32,000 bases of DNA from Kiritimatiella glycovorans (lineage in GTDB: Bacteria > Verrucomicrobiota > Kiritimatiellia > Kiritimatiellales > Kiritimatiellaceae), in NCBI RefSeq assembly GCF_001017655.1, contig NZ_CP010904.1:2160001-2192000 (forward strand), written 5' to 3'. The translations under genes were made by a program, and so were the position numbers. Under the pieces are notes generated by a model, which saw nothing but the letters and a program-made list of their open reading frames with translations, did not search any database and was not told the origin of the DNA. Shown piece after piece: positions 8,108 to 15,545 of this stretch (the first letter of the stretch is position 1; each line of letters starts with the position of its first letter).

Positions 8108-10061
8108 CCACGTCGCAGGTGTCACCGCCGCAGGGAAGCGCGGCCCGCAGGTCGGTCTGGTCCTCTTCCTCGCGCATTTCCGTGAAATCCACCGGCCGGA
8201 ACTTTTCACAGATCTCGCGCCAGCGCGCCTCGTCCTCCTCCGTCCGCACTTCCTCGTGCGGCGCCTGGGGATACTGCTTGTCGCCGCTTGCGGCGAGCAG
8301 TGTGAGGCCGCTGAATTCCTCCCGGTGTTCCCATATATAGGAGGCCACTGCACTCCATTCGTGGTCCTCGACGGTGACGGTGTTCGAGACGTTGTGCATG
8401 AGACCGGGCGAAGAATCCGGCCGCGCCGTGCCCGGCACGACCCAGTTCCGCCGCGTGGCGCGGACGAGATCGAGAAATTCGACGGCGGAGAGCTCGGAGC
8501 GGACGCGCGCGTCTTCCGGCGCCTCGACGCAAAACGTGATCACCTCGTCGGTCCCGCGCGAACTCCAGACCGAGTTTTCGCACATGTGGGGATTGCGTTC
8601 GCGGAAAAAAGCGTACACCGGATCCTCGCGGTTGGCCTGGATACGCCGGAAGTAGCGGCGGGCATGTCGCGGATGGATGCCCGAGGCGGTACCGAGGAGA
8701 AGGGAGGTCGAACCGGCGGGTTTGACGCAGGTCACGCGCGCGGCCGGACGGATCCCGAGGCATGCCGCGGTCTCGCGATTGACGTCTACGGCATAGCGAG
8801 CCATCCGCTGCTGCAGCTGCGGTTCCAGGGCCGTCGCGGGACGGTCCATCATGCCCGTGATCGAGATGCCGAGCAGGGACTCCTCGCGGCACAGGCGCCC
8901 GGTTTCGCACCCGACGTACGGAAAGTCCGTGTAGCCCGCCTGGCAGGTTCCGATAATCGCCGCGGCGCGCACGGCGATCCGGAAGTCCTCTTCCGAGTGC
9001 AGCTTGTCGCCATTGATTTCGGTGAGGTTGCAGAACTGCCACCCGGACGCGCCGCGTCGGCCGTCGCGCGTGCGCGTCCAGGCCTTAAGACCGATCTCGC
9101 AGCAGGGGTTTGTTCCGTACTCCGGCCGTTCGGCGAAGTAGAAGCCGGGTTCACCCCATTCCCGGACGCGAGAGAAGATCGCCATGAACTGCTCGCGCGA
9201 CGTCGCCCCGCGCAGCAGTTTTACGGAGTTGTTCGAGCGCGCGCGATGCGGGTGGGTCTCGATCCAGTCGCCCCGCTTGGCGTTCATCATGGCCTCGTCG
9301 CCGGGAGAAAACAGGCAGATGGTGGCGCTGCGGCGCACCCCGCCCGCGAGCACGGCGTCGGCTGCGTGCATCATGATGTCGTAGCATTCGATCGGCTCGA
9401 GCGGTCGTCCCGCCGCGCCCTCCAGTATACGGTCGCACTGTTCGAGCGCGTACCGCAGCGGTTCGGGTCCCGGCGCGCGTCCGCCGGTGACGCGCAGCGG
9501 TTCGCCGCGCGGACGGATCTGCGCGTAATCGAACTCAACCGCCCGTCCTTCGATCCGGGCCCGGACCAGCCGGTCCAGGGCGTCAGCCCATCCCTCGATC
9601 GAATCCGGAACCGTGAAACGGTCCGGCGCACCCCCGGGGCCCTTCGCCAGGGCGGGCAGCCGGCTCACATGTTCGTATTCGACGCTGATTCCGACCCCGG
9701 CGCCGCACAGCAGCAGGAAAAGCGCCTCGCGGAAGAACGACGGCCGGTCGCAGACGCTGAAGGCGCAGTTGTACATGCGCGCGTGATGGCGTTCGAGCGC
9801 CTCGCCTCCGAACTGCATCGAACGCATCGACGGCAGGCAGCGTTTCTCCAGTACGCGGTCGAAGGCCCAGTCGATCTCACCCCCCGCGGAAGGATACCGG
9901 CGCAGATGCATGGCGCGGACGCGGTTGACGGCCTCCTCGAACGTCTCGCGGCGGCGGCGCTGCGGGTCGTGCCGTGCATAGCGGCTGGCCAGCACGTAAT
10001 CCTGCAGGGCCCGTTCGACCGGTGCCGCGTCCGCGCTCTGCTGTCGGCGCCAGGGATTCAT
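8097..10061 (-). CDS. Class II (adenosylcobalamin-dependent) ribonucleoside-triphosphate reductase-like protein
   Basis: 654 aa. Motifs MYNCAFSV, LCGAGVGISVEY, active-site loop GTNPCCEIGL and FCNLTEIN. The C-terminal Cys pair PCGGDTC (CX4C) has the same spacing as the redox tail of monomeric RTPR. The 3' end overlaps the radical-SAM gene convergently by 11 nt. Confidence 0.7.
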   Translation of the reverse strand: MNPWRRQQSADAAPVERALQDYVLASRYARHDPQRRRRETFEEAVNRVRAMHLRRYPSAGGEIDWAFDRVLEKRCLPSMRSMQFGGEALERHHARMYNCAFSVCDRPSFFREALFLLLCGAGVGISVEYEHVSRLPALAKGPGGAPDRFTVPDSIEGWADALDRLVRARIEGRAVEFDYAQIRPRGEPLRVTGGRAPGPEPLRYALEQCDRILEGAAGRPLEPIECYDIMMHAADAVLAGGVRRSATICLFSPGDEAMMNAKRGDWIETHPHRARSNNSVKLLRGATSREQFMAIFSRVREWGEPGFYFAERPEYGTNPCCEIGLKAWTRTRDGRRGASGWQFCNLTEINGDKLHSEEDFRIAVRAAAIIGTCQAGYTDFPYVGCETGRLCREESLLGISITGMMDRPATALEPQLQQRMARYAVDVNRETAACLGIRPAARVTCVKPAGSTSLLLGTASGIHPRHARRYFRRIQANREDPVYAFFRERNPHMCENSVWSSRGTDEVITFCVEAPEDARVRSELSAVEFLDLVRATRRNWVVPGTARPDSSPGLMHNVSNTVTVEDHEWSAVASYIWEHREEFSGLTLLAASGDKQYPQAPHEEVRTEEDEARWREICEKFRPVDFTEMREEEDQTDLRAALPCGGDTCDVVSA

Positions 10062-10204
10062 ACCTGAGGGTCAGTCTACCACGGATCCCGCTTCGTGATA
10101 ACCTCGGCCTGCCGTTCATCCGACTCGGTAGGATCCGCGTGTAGGACCCGGGATAAGATCTTGCCTCGCGTAGGCCTGCATGCTATGGGTACGCGTCCTT
10201 GGAA

Positions 10205-10280
10205 GGGGCGGTAGCTCAGCTGGGAGAGCGCCAGAATCGCACTCTGGAGGTCGTGGGTTCGATCCCCATCCGCTCCACCA
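10205..10280 (+). tRNA. tRNA-Ala (anticodon CGC), CCA encoded
   Basis: 76-nt cloverleaf: acceptor GGGGCGG/CCGCTCC with the G3:U70 alanine identity pair, D-arm TAGCTCAGCTGGGAGAGC, anticodon stem CCAGA/TCTGG with loop ATCGCAC, T-arm GTGGGTTCGATCCCCAT, and terminal ACCA. Confidence 0.95.
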
Positions 10281-10304
10281 TCTCCATTCATATTGAACGC
10301 GAAC

Positions 10305-10332
10305 CCCGTGTTCATGTCTGACCGAACACGGG
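10305..10332 (+). terminator. Hairpin immediately downstream of tRNA-Ala (possible terminator or processing signal)
   Basis: Perfect 9-bp stem CCCGTGTTC / GAACACGGG with a 10-nt loop. No T-tract follows, so intrinsic termination is uncertain. Confidence 0.3.
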
Positions 10333-10519
10333 ACATCCGCGGTTGTCTGCTTGTACGTTGGCGTCTTTTGTGCGAAAAAAATCGCGGCAGGTGGAATGCT
10401 TCAAGGGAGTTTTCGGAGACGTGAGCAACGGTCATACGCTTTCAACAGGCCTCCCCGGGGGCGCCGCGCCGGGCATCTGGAGCGAGCGCTGGCGGCTGGC
10501 GGCTATTCCGCGCGAGGAG

Positions 10520-11425
10520 ATGCTGCGGCTGCTGTTTGTATCGGTGATGGTCGGACTCCTCTACGTGATGTTTCATTTCCTCGGCAACACGGTGGAGAAC
10601 GTCCAGAGCCGGTCCGCGTTTCAGTGGATGTTCGCGCGCTGGAGGGACAAGATCTCGTTCGGCGCGGACTATTCGCACGGCTATCTCATCCCCTTCGTCA
10701 GCCTGGGCGTGCTCTGGTATAAACGCAGAGAGCTGTTCGCCGCGACCCGGCGCATCAACTACCTCGGTCTCGGCGTCGTCGTGATGGCCCTGGCCATGCA
10801 CTGGCTGGGGGCCAAGATGCAGCAGACGCGCATCTCGCTGATGAGCCTGATCCTGCTGCTCTGGGGCATTCCCTTCTATCTGCTGGGATGGCAGACCGCG
10901 AAGCTCCTCATTTTCCCCTGCGCCTACCTCATCTTCTGTATCCCGCTGAACTTTCTCGACACGCTCGCCTTTCCGCTGCGCATGTTCGCCTCGACCACCT
11001 CCGCGCAATTCCTCAATTCCATCGGGATCGCCGCGGTCCAGCGCGGGAGCGCGATCTTCTCGGGGGCGAGCGGTTTCGAGTTCGATGTGGCCGACCCCTG
11101 CAGCGGCCTCCGGTCTCTGCTGGCGATGACGGCCCTGACGGCGGTGTACGCCTATTTCACGCAAAAGACGCTGCTCAAGAAGTGGCTTCTCTTCCTGTGC
11201 TCCATTCCGCTGGCGGTATTCGGTAACGTGGCCCGCATCACGACGATCGCGATGATGGCCGAAGCGTTCGGGCAGCAGGTGGCGCTGGGTATCTACCACG
11301 ACTATTCGGGCTACATTCTCTTCGCCGCCGCGATCGCGCTGATGGTGGCGCTCGGAAGCCTGTTCAACATGAACTACCGGGAGCAGTTCGAAAAATGGAA
11401 AAGTTCTCTTTTCGCCCGTACCTGA
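10520..11425 (+). CDS. Exosortase (EpsH/Xrt family transpeptidase)
   Basis: Multi-pass membrane protein with DYSHGYLIPFVSL, the catalytic-Cys motif DVADPCSGLRSLL, the Arg motif FGNVARITTI and a distal His (YHDYSGY). The start is uncertain: ATG at 10520 is given, and the open frame extends up to GTG 10421 and TTG 10343. Confidence 0.8.
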   Translation: MLRLLFVSVMVGLLYVMFHFLGNTVENVQSRSAFQWMFARWRDKISFGADYSHGYLIPFVSLGVLWYKRRELFAATRRINYLGLGVVVMALAMHWLGAKMQQTRISLMSLILLLWGIPFYLLGWQTAKLLIFPCAYLIFCIPLNFLDTLAFPLRMFASTTSAQFLNSIGIAAVQRGSAIFSGASGFEFDVADPCSGLRSLLAMTALTAVYAYFTQKTLLKKWLLFLCSIPLAVFGNVARITTIAMMAEAFGQQVALGIYHDYSGYILFAAAIALMVALGSLFNMNYREQFEKWKSSLFART

Positions 11426-12165
11426 TCATCATCGGACTGATGATCGTGACTTCGTTCCTGCTGGCCTTCACGGTCGACGTGGAACTGATCGACCAGCCCG
11501 GGGTCCGCACGGATCTGCCGCGCGAGATCGCGGGGTATACCGGCAGTCAGCGCCTGTTCTGTCATAACAAGGATTGTGAATGGTCGGGCACCATGGACCA
11601 GCTCGACGTGCCGGACATCTGCCCGGACTGCGGCGAACCGCTCTACGCGATGAGCTGGCCGGAGAAGGAGCAGCTCCCCGACGATACGGAGTTCGTGAAG
11701 TACGAGTACACGAACGACACGGACCGGACGGTCTATGTCTCCATCGTGCTGAGCGGGCGGGAGCGCAGCAGTATTCACCGCCCGCAGCGCTGCCTGCCCG
11801 GCCAGGGCCACAAGGCGCTCGAAGAACACGACATCTCGGTGCCCGTGGAGGACCGCCGCAAGCCGCTCAACGTGCGGGTGATCGAGAGCGTGGTGCCCGT
11901 GCCGGGCGAGACGGCCGCGGCCACGCCTCATTATTACGCGTACTGGTTCGCGGGCCGCGGACGCGAGACGGCTTCGCACTACGCGCGCATGTTCTGGCTG
12001 GCCTGGGACCGCGTGGTTCACGGCGTGGCCCACAAGTGGGCCTACATCTCCGTGGCCGGCGTGCGCGAGGAGGACTCGCGGGACTACGAGGAACAGCTCA
12101 AGCCGGTCATCGCCGAACTTTACCCCGCACTGACGCTGACGGACAAGGAACTCGAACGCCACTGA
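11395..12165 (+). CDS. epsI: Exosortase-associated EpsI-family protein carrying a Cys4 insertion
   Basis: N-terminal TM anchor, then the EpsI signature SIHRPQRCLPGQGH and YYAYWF. It overlaps the exosortase gene by 31 nt. There is an extra CHNKDC...CPDC segment. Confidence 0.75.
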   Translation: MEKFSFRPYLIIIGLMIVTSFLLAFTVDVELIDQPGVRTDLPREIAGYTGSQRLFCHNKDCEWSGTMDQLDVPDICPDCGEPLYAMSWPEKEQLPDDTEFVKYEYTNDTDRTVYVSIVLSGRERSSIHRPQRCLPGQGHKALEEHDISVPVEDRRKPLNVRVIESVVPVPGETAAATPHYYAYWFAGRGRETASHYARMFWLAWDRVVHGVAHKWAYISVAGVREEDSRDYEEQLKPVIAELYPALTLTDKELERH

Positions 12166-12185
12166 CGCGTTGGAACAGGAGCCCC

Positions 12186-13757
12186 ATGCCACGGTATTTT
12201 CTCGGACTGGACTCCAGCACGCAGAGTCTCACGGCCCTTATCATCGACCCCGCCGCCGGGTCGGTCGTCCATGAAACCACTGTGGTCTATGACCGCGAGC
12301 TGCCCCGCTACGGAACCCGGCACGGGGTACTCCCCGACGCTGACCCGCGCGTCGTCCACGCCCCCCCGCTGATGTGGGCGGAGGCCCTCGACCTCGTCTT
12401 CCGCCGCCTCCACGACGAAGGGGCGCCGCTGGACCGGATCGCCGCCGTCTCCGGCTCCGGCCAGCAGCACGGTTCGGTCTACGGGTCGGAGCGGTTTCCC
12501 GAAGCCCTGAACGGCCTGGACCGGCAGCGGGGTCTGGCGGGATCAATTTCAGGAACCTTGAGCCGCACCACGGCCCCGGTCTGGATGGACTCCTCGACCG
12601 CCGCGGAGTGCGAAGAGATCACGCGGGCGCTCGGAGGGGCCGCGGCGGTGGCGGAGGCCACGGGATCGGCCGCGTTCGAACGGTTCACCGGGCCGCAGAT
12701 CCGCCGCTTCCACAAGACCGACCCCGAGGCCTACGAAAAGACCGCGCACATCGCGCTGGTGAGTTCCTTCATGGCCTCCCTGCTGCTCGGCCGCCCGGCG
12801 CCGATCGATCACGGGGACGGGGCGGGCATGAACCTGATGGACATCCGGCAACGACGCTGGCACGGAAAGGCCCTCGCGGCCACCGCGCCGGATCTCGAGC
12901 GGAAGCTGCCGCCGCTGACGCCTCCCGATGCGGTACTCGGACCCGTGCATCCCTATTTCAGCCGGACCGCGGGCCTGCCTTCGGACGCACAGGTCGTGGC
13001 CTGGTCCGGCGATAACCCGTGCAGCCTGGCCGGGCTGGGTCTCGTGGAGACGGGACGGCACGCGGTAAGCTGCGGGACCAGCGATACCTATTTCGGCTTC
13101 ATGCCCGAGTGCCATACCGACCCCCGCGCCGAGGGGCATATCTTCGGCGCACCGACCGGCGACTACATGAGCCTGATCTGCTTCAAGAACGGCTCCCTGG
13201 CCCGCGAGCGCGTGCGCGACGCCTTCGGCTACGACTGGGAGGCCTTCTCGGCCGCACTGCGCCGGACCCCGCCCGGAAACCACGGCCGGATCATGCTGCC
13301 CTACTTCGAGCCGGAGATCGTACCGCGGGTGGCCGGGGCGGGGATTCGCCGGAAGGGGCTGGACGAGAACGACGCCGATGCGAACTGCCGTGCCGTGGTG
13401 GAGGCCCAGATGATGTCGATGCGCCTGCACTCCGCCTGGATGGGCAGCCGCCCCCGCGAACTCTACGCCACCGGCGGGGCCTCGGCGAACCGGGAGATCC
13501 TCCAGGTGATGGCCGATGTACACGGGTGTCTGGTGACCCGGTTCCGCGCCGGGAACAGCGCGGCGCTGGGCGCCGCGCTCCGCGGCGCCCATGCCTTCGC
13601 CGCCGCCTCGGGCGAGGCCTGCGACTGGCAAACGCTGACCGCTCCGTTCCTGGACCCCGACCCCGAACTCGCGGCGAACCCGCGACCGGAATCCGCCGCC
13701 GTCTACGAAGACCTCATTCGCGCGTATGCCGATTTCGAACAGGAGGCTCTGGCATGA
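12186..13757 (+). CDS. xylB: D-xylulokinase, FGGY family (eukaryote XKS1/XYLB-like subtype)
   Basis: ATG at 12186 (MPRYFLGLDSSTQSL). Motifs SGSGQQHGSVY, APVWMDSSTAAECEEI, TGSAAFERFTGPQIRRF, WSGDNPCSLAGLG and ATGGASANREILQ. The upstream part of the 11580..13757 track ORF overlaps epsI and is rejected. Confidence 0.8.
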   Translation: MPRYFLGLDSSTQSLTALIIDPAAGSVVHETTVVYDRELPRYGTRHGVLPDADPRVVHAPPLMWAEALDLVFRRLHDEGAPLDRIAAVSGSGQQHGSVYGSERFPEALNGLDRQRGLAGSISGTLSRTTAPVWMDSSTAAECEEITRALGGAAAVAEATGSAAFERFTGPQIRRFHKTDPEAYEKTAHIALVSSFMASLLLGRPAPIDHGDGAGMNLMDIRQRRWHGKALAATAPDLERKLPPLTPPDAVLGPVHPYFSRTAGLPSDAQVVAWSGDNPCSLAGLGLVETGRHAVSCGTSDTYFGFMPECHTDPRAEGHIFGAPTGDYMSLICFKNGSLARERVRDAFGYDWEAFSAALRRTPPGNHGRIMLPYFEPEIVPRVAGAGIRRKGLDENDADANCRAVVEAQMMSMRLHSAWMGSRPRELYATGGASANREILQVMADVHGCLVTRFRAGNSAALGAALRGAHAFAAASGEACDWQTLTAPFLDPDPELAANPRPESAAVYEDLIRAYADFEQEALA

Positions 13758-14962
13758 ATCGATGCAGATACAGGATCGCTCTGACCCTGACGGTTCTCTC
13801 CGCACTCGCCTGTACGGCGCCGGCCGCCGAGGTCCGCGTCGTCAAATCGGCGGGCGAAACCACGCGGCTTGACGTCTCCGGCTTCAGCGCCCGCGGAGCC
13901 GCGGCGTCCACATTCCGCGAGACCCTGATCCGCGATCTCCAGCTTTCCGGCTGGTTCGACCTGCGCAGCTCCGCCCCCGAGTTCCGCCTGACGGGCGCGG
14001 CGGCGGACAACGGCGAACGGGTCGAAGCGCGCTGCACGGTGCGCGACGCCGCGGGACAGACGGTCTTCGCCAAACGCTACCAGTCCGGCGCCTCCGCGGC
14101 GCGCCGGCTGGCGCACCGGGTCTCGGACGCCGTGGTTAAAAGCCTCACCGGCCGTCCGGGCATTGCCTCCACGCGCATCGCCTTCGTGGGCACCCGTTCG
14201 GGGGCCAAGGAACTCTATCTCTGCGACGCCGACGGCGCCGGGGTCCGGCGGATCACCCGCGACGGGGCGATCTGCGTGGCGCCGAACTGGGGTCCGCGCG
14301 CCTCCCGGCTGGTCTACACCTCATACGCGCGCGATTTTCCCGACATCCATCTGCTGGAGCTGGCGAGCGGCCGCCGCCGCGTCATCGCCTCGTACGGCGG
14401 ATTGAACACCGGCGCCGATCTCGCACCCGACGGACGGCATATCGCCCTGATCCTGTCCAAGGACGGCAATCCGGACCTCTACGTCAAAGACATGAAAAGC
14501 GGCGCTCTGCGCCGGCTGACGCGCACCGCCAACGCCGCCGAGGCCTCGCCTTCGTGGTCGCCGGACGGCAAACACCTCGTCTACGTCTCCGACCACTCGG
14601 GCCGCCCCCATCTCTACATTATTCCCGCCCGCGGAGGGCGTCCGCGCCGGTTCACCAGCATGGGCACGGAAAACGTGGCCCCCGACTGGGGCGAGTACGG
14701 CTGGATCGCGTGGTCGAGCCGCCGGGGCGGACGTTACCGCATCGCGCTCGCGAATCCCTCCACCGGCGAACGGCGCGAGGCCGGTCCCGCCGACGGGGCC
14801 GACTACGAGGAACCCTCCTGGGCGCGGGACGGACGGCATATCGTCTGCACGCGGACGAGCGGCTATCGATCCGCGCTGTACCGGCTTGACACTGTAACCG
14901 GCCGTTCGATACCTTTAGTCACTATTTCGGGAGACTGGTACACACCGGCCTGGTCGCCTTGA
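13754..14962 (+). CDS. tolB: TolB-like periplasmic beta-propeller protein
   Basis: ATG at 13754 overlaps the xylB stop (ATGA). Signal peptide RIALTLTVLSALACTAPAAE. Repeated propeller motifs (APNWGPRASRLVYTS, DLAPDGRHIALILSKDGNPDLYV, SPSWSPDGKHLVYVSDHSGRPHLYI, EPSWARDGRHIV). Confidence 0.85.
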   Translation: MNRCRYRIALTLTVLSALACTAPAAEVRVVKSAGETTRLDVSGFSARGAAASTFRETLIRDLQLSGWFDLRSSAPEFRLTGAAADNGERVEARCTVRDAAGQTVFAKRYQSGASAARRLAHRVSDAVVKSLTGRPGIASTRIAFVGTRSGAKELYLCDADGAGVRRITRDGAICVAPNWGPRASRLVYTSYARDFPDIHLLELASGRRRVIASYGGLNTGADLAPDGRHIALILSKDGNPDLYVKDMKSGALRRLTRTANAAEASPSWSPDGKHLVYVSDHSGRPHLYIIPARGGRPRRFTSMGTENVAPDWGEYGWIAWSSRRGGRYRIALANPSTGERREAGPADGADYEEPSWARDGRHIVCTRTSGYRSALYRLDTVTGRSIPLVTISGDWYTPAWSP

Positions 14963-14995
14963 AAATCATGACACACAACCGGGGGATAAGGCGTA

Positions 14996-15535
14996 ATGTC
15001 GACCAAAGTACACATGCTGTGGCTCGGACTGGTGATCTGCGGACTGCTCGCAGGGGGATGCCGCAGCCGTAAACCTTCTTGGGACGTCTACGGATCGACT
15101 CCTTCGGGTGATTACCCCGGTTCGGCCTACTCCGGATCGATGATCGGCGAGGAGGGCGCCATCCCGCTGGGATCCCGGTTCACCGGCGGCGAGGAGCACC
15201 GCGAGGTCTTCAGCCCGGTTCATTTCGCCTATGACAGTTCTGCGGTCCGCGCCTCCGAGCGCGCGACGATTGAGGAGGCGGCCGAACACCTCAGGAACCA
15301 TTCCGAACACGCCCTGATCGTCGAGGGGCACTGCGACGAACGGGGAAGCCGCGAATACAACCTCGCGCTCGGCGAACGGCGTGCCCTGGCGGTCCGCGAC
15401 TATCTGGTGAATCTCGGCATCGAACCCGCCCGCATCCAGACCAAGAGCTACGGCGAGGAAAAGCCGGCGGCCATGGGCCACAACGAGCAGGCCTGGAGCA
15501 AGAATCGACGCGCGGAGCTGGTGCTCTACTACTGA
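14996..15535 (+). CDS. pal: Peptidoglycan-associated lipoprotein Pal (OmpA-C domain)
   Basis: Lipobox LLAGGC, then VHFAYDSSAV, EGHCDERGSREYNLALGERRA and NRRAELVLY, the canonical OmpA/Pal peptidoglycan-binding motifs. Confidence 0.85.
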   Translation: MSTKVHMLWLGLVICGLLAGGCRSRKPSWDVYGSTPSGDYPGSAYSGSMIGEEGAIPLGSRFTGGEEHREVFSPVHFAYDSSAVRASERATIEEAAEHLRNHSEHALIVEGHCDERGSREYNLALGERRALAVRDYLVNLGIEPARIQTKSYGEEKPAAMGHNEQAWSKNRRAELVLYY

Positions 15536-15545
15536 GCGCCTCCTC

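Noticed and set aside
8256-10067. 603-aa plus-strand ORF (and 8206..9042(-)) across the ribonucleotide reductase gene
   Set aside because: It is antisense or out of frame to a gene with clear RNR motifs (NPCCEIGL, FCNLTEIN). The composition is typical of GC-rich shadow ORFs.
10062-10204. Looked for an NrdR box or a cobalamin riboswitch in the RTPR 5' region. Found only an imperfect long-range inverted repeat (CTACCACGGATCC at 10076-10088 versus GGATCCGCGTGTAG at 10131-10144) and a possible tRNA promoter (TTGCCT-N17-TATGGG, 10161-10189).
   Set aside because: There is no AT-rich 16-bp NrdR-type palindrome and no B12-box-like core. The inverted repeat is partly explained by two palindromic GGATCC sites. 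The promoter match is weak (-10 matches 3/6), so it is not reported as a feature.
10205-12165. tRNA-Ala as an integration site for a genomic island carrying the exosortase locus
   Set aside because: There is no integrase, I could find no direct repeat of the tRNA 3' end downstream, and the GC content of the exosortase block matches the surrounding genes.
12549-13805. 418-aa minus ORF and 12374..13015(+) inside xylB; 14321..14839(-) inside tolB; 15291..16049(-) and 15662..16399(-) across pal/GGDEF; 18393..19469(+) across FabH; 19655..20293(-) across the sulfotransferase; 20789..21625(+) across the SDR; 22224..23012(-), 23527..24165(-), 24205..24927(-) and 26023..27462(-) inside the ABC module; 27496..28146(-) and 27750..28391(-) across pdxJ; 28425..29039(-) in MscS; 29572..30639(+) across recA; 31052..31858(-) across the SIMPL gene
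   Set aside because: All are antisense or out-of-frame shadows of genes with strong family motifs. None has an independent motif, signal peptide or ribosome-binding site that I could see.
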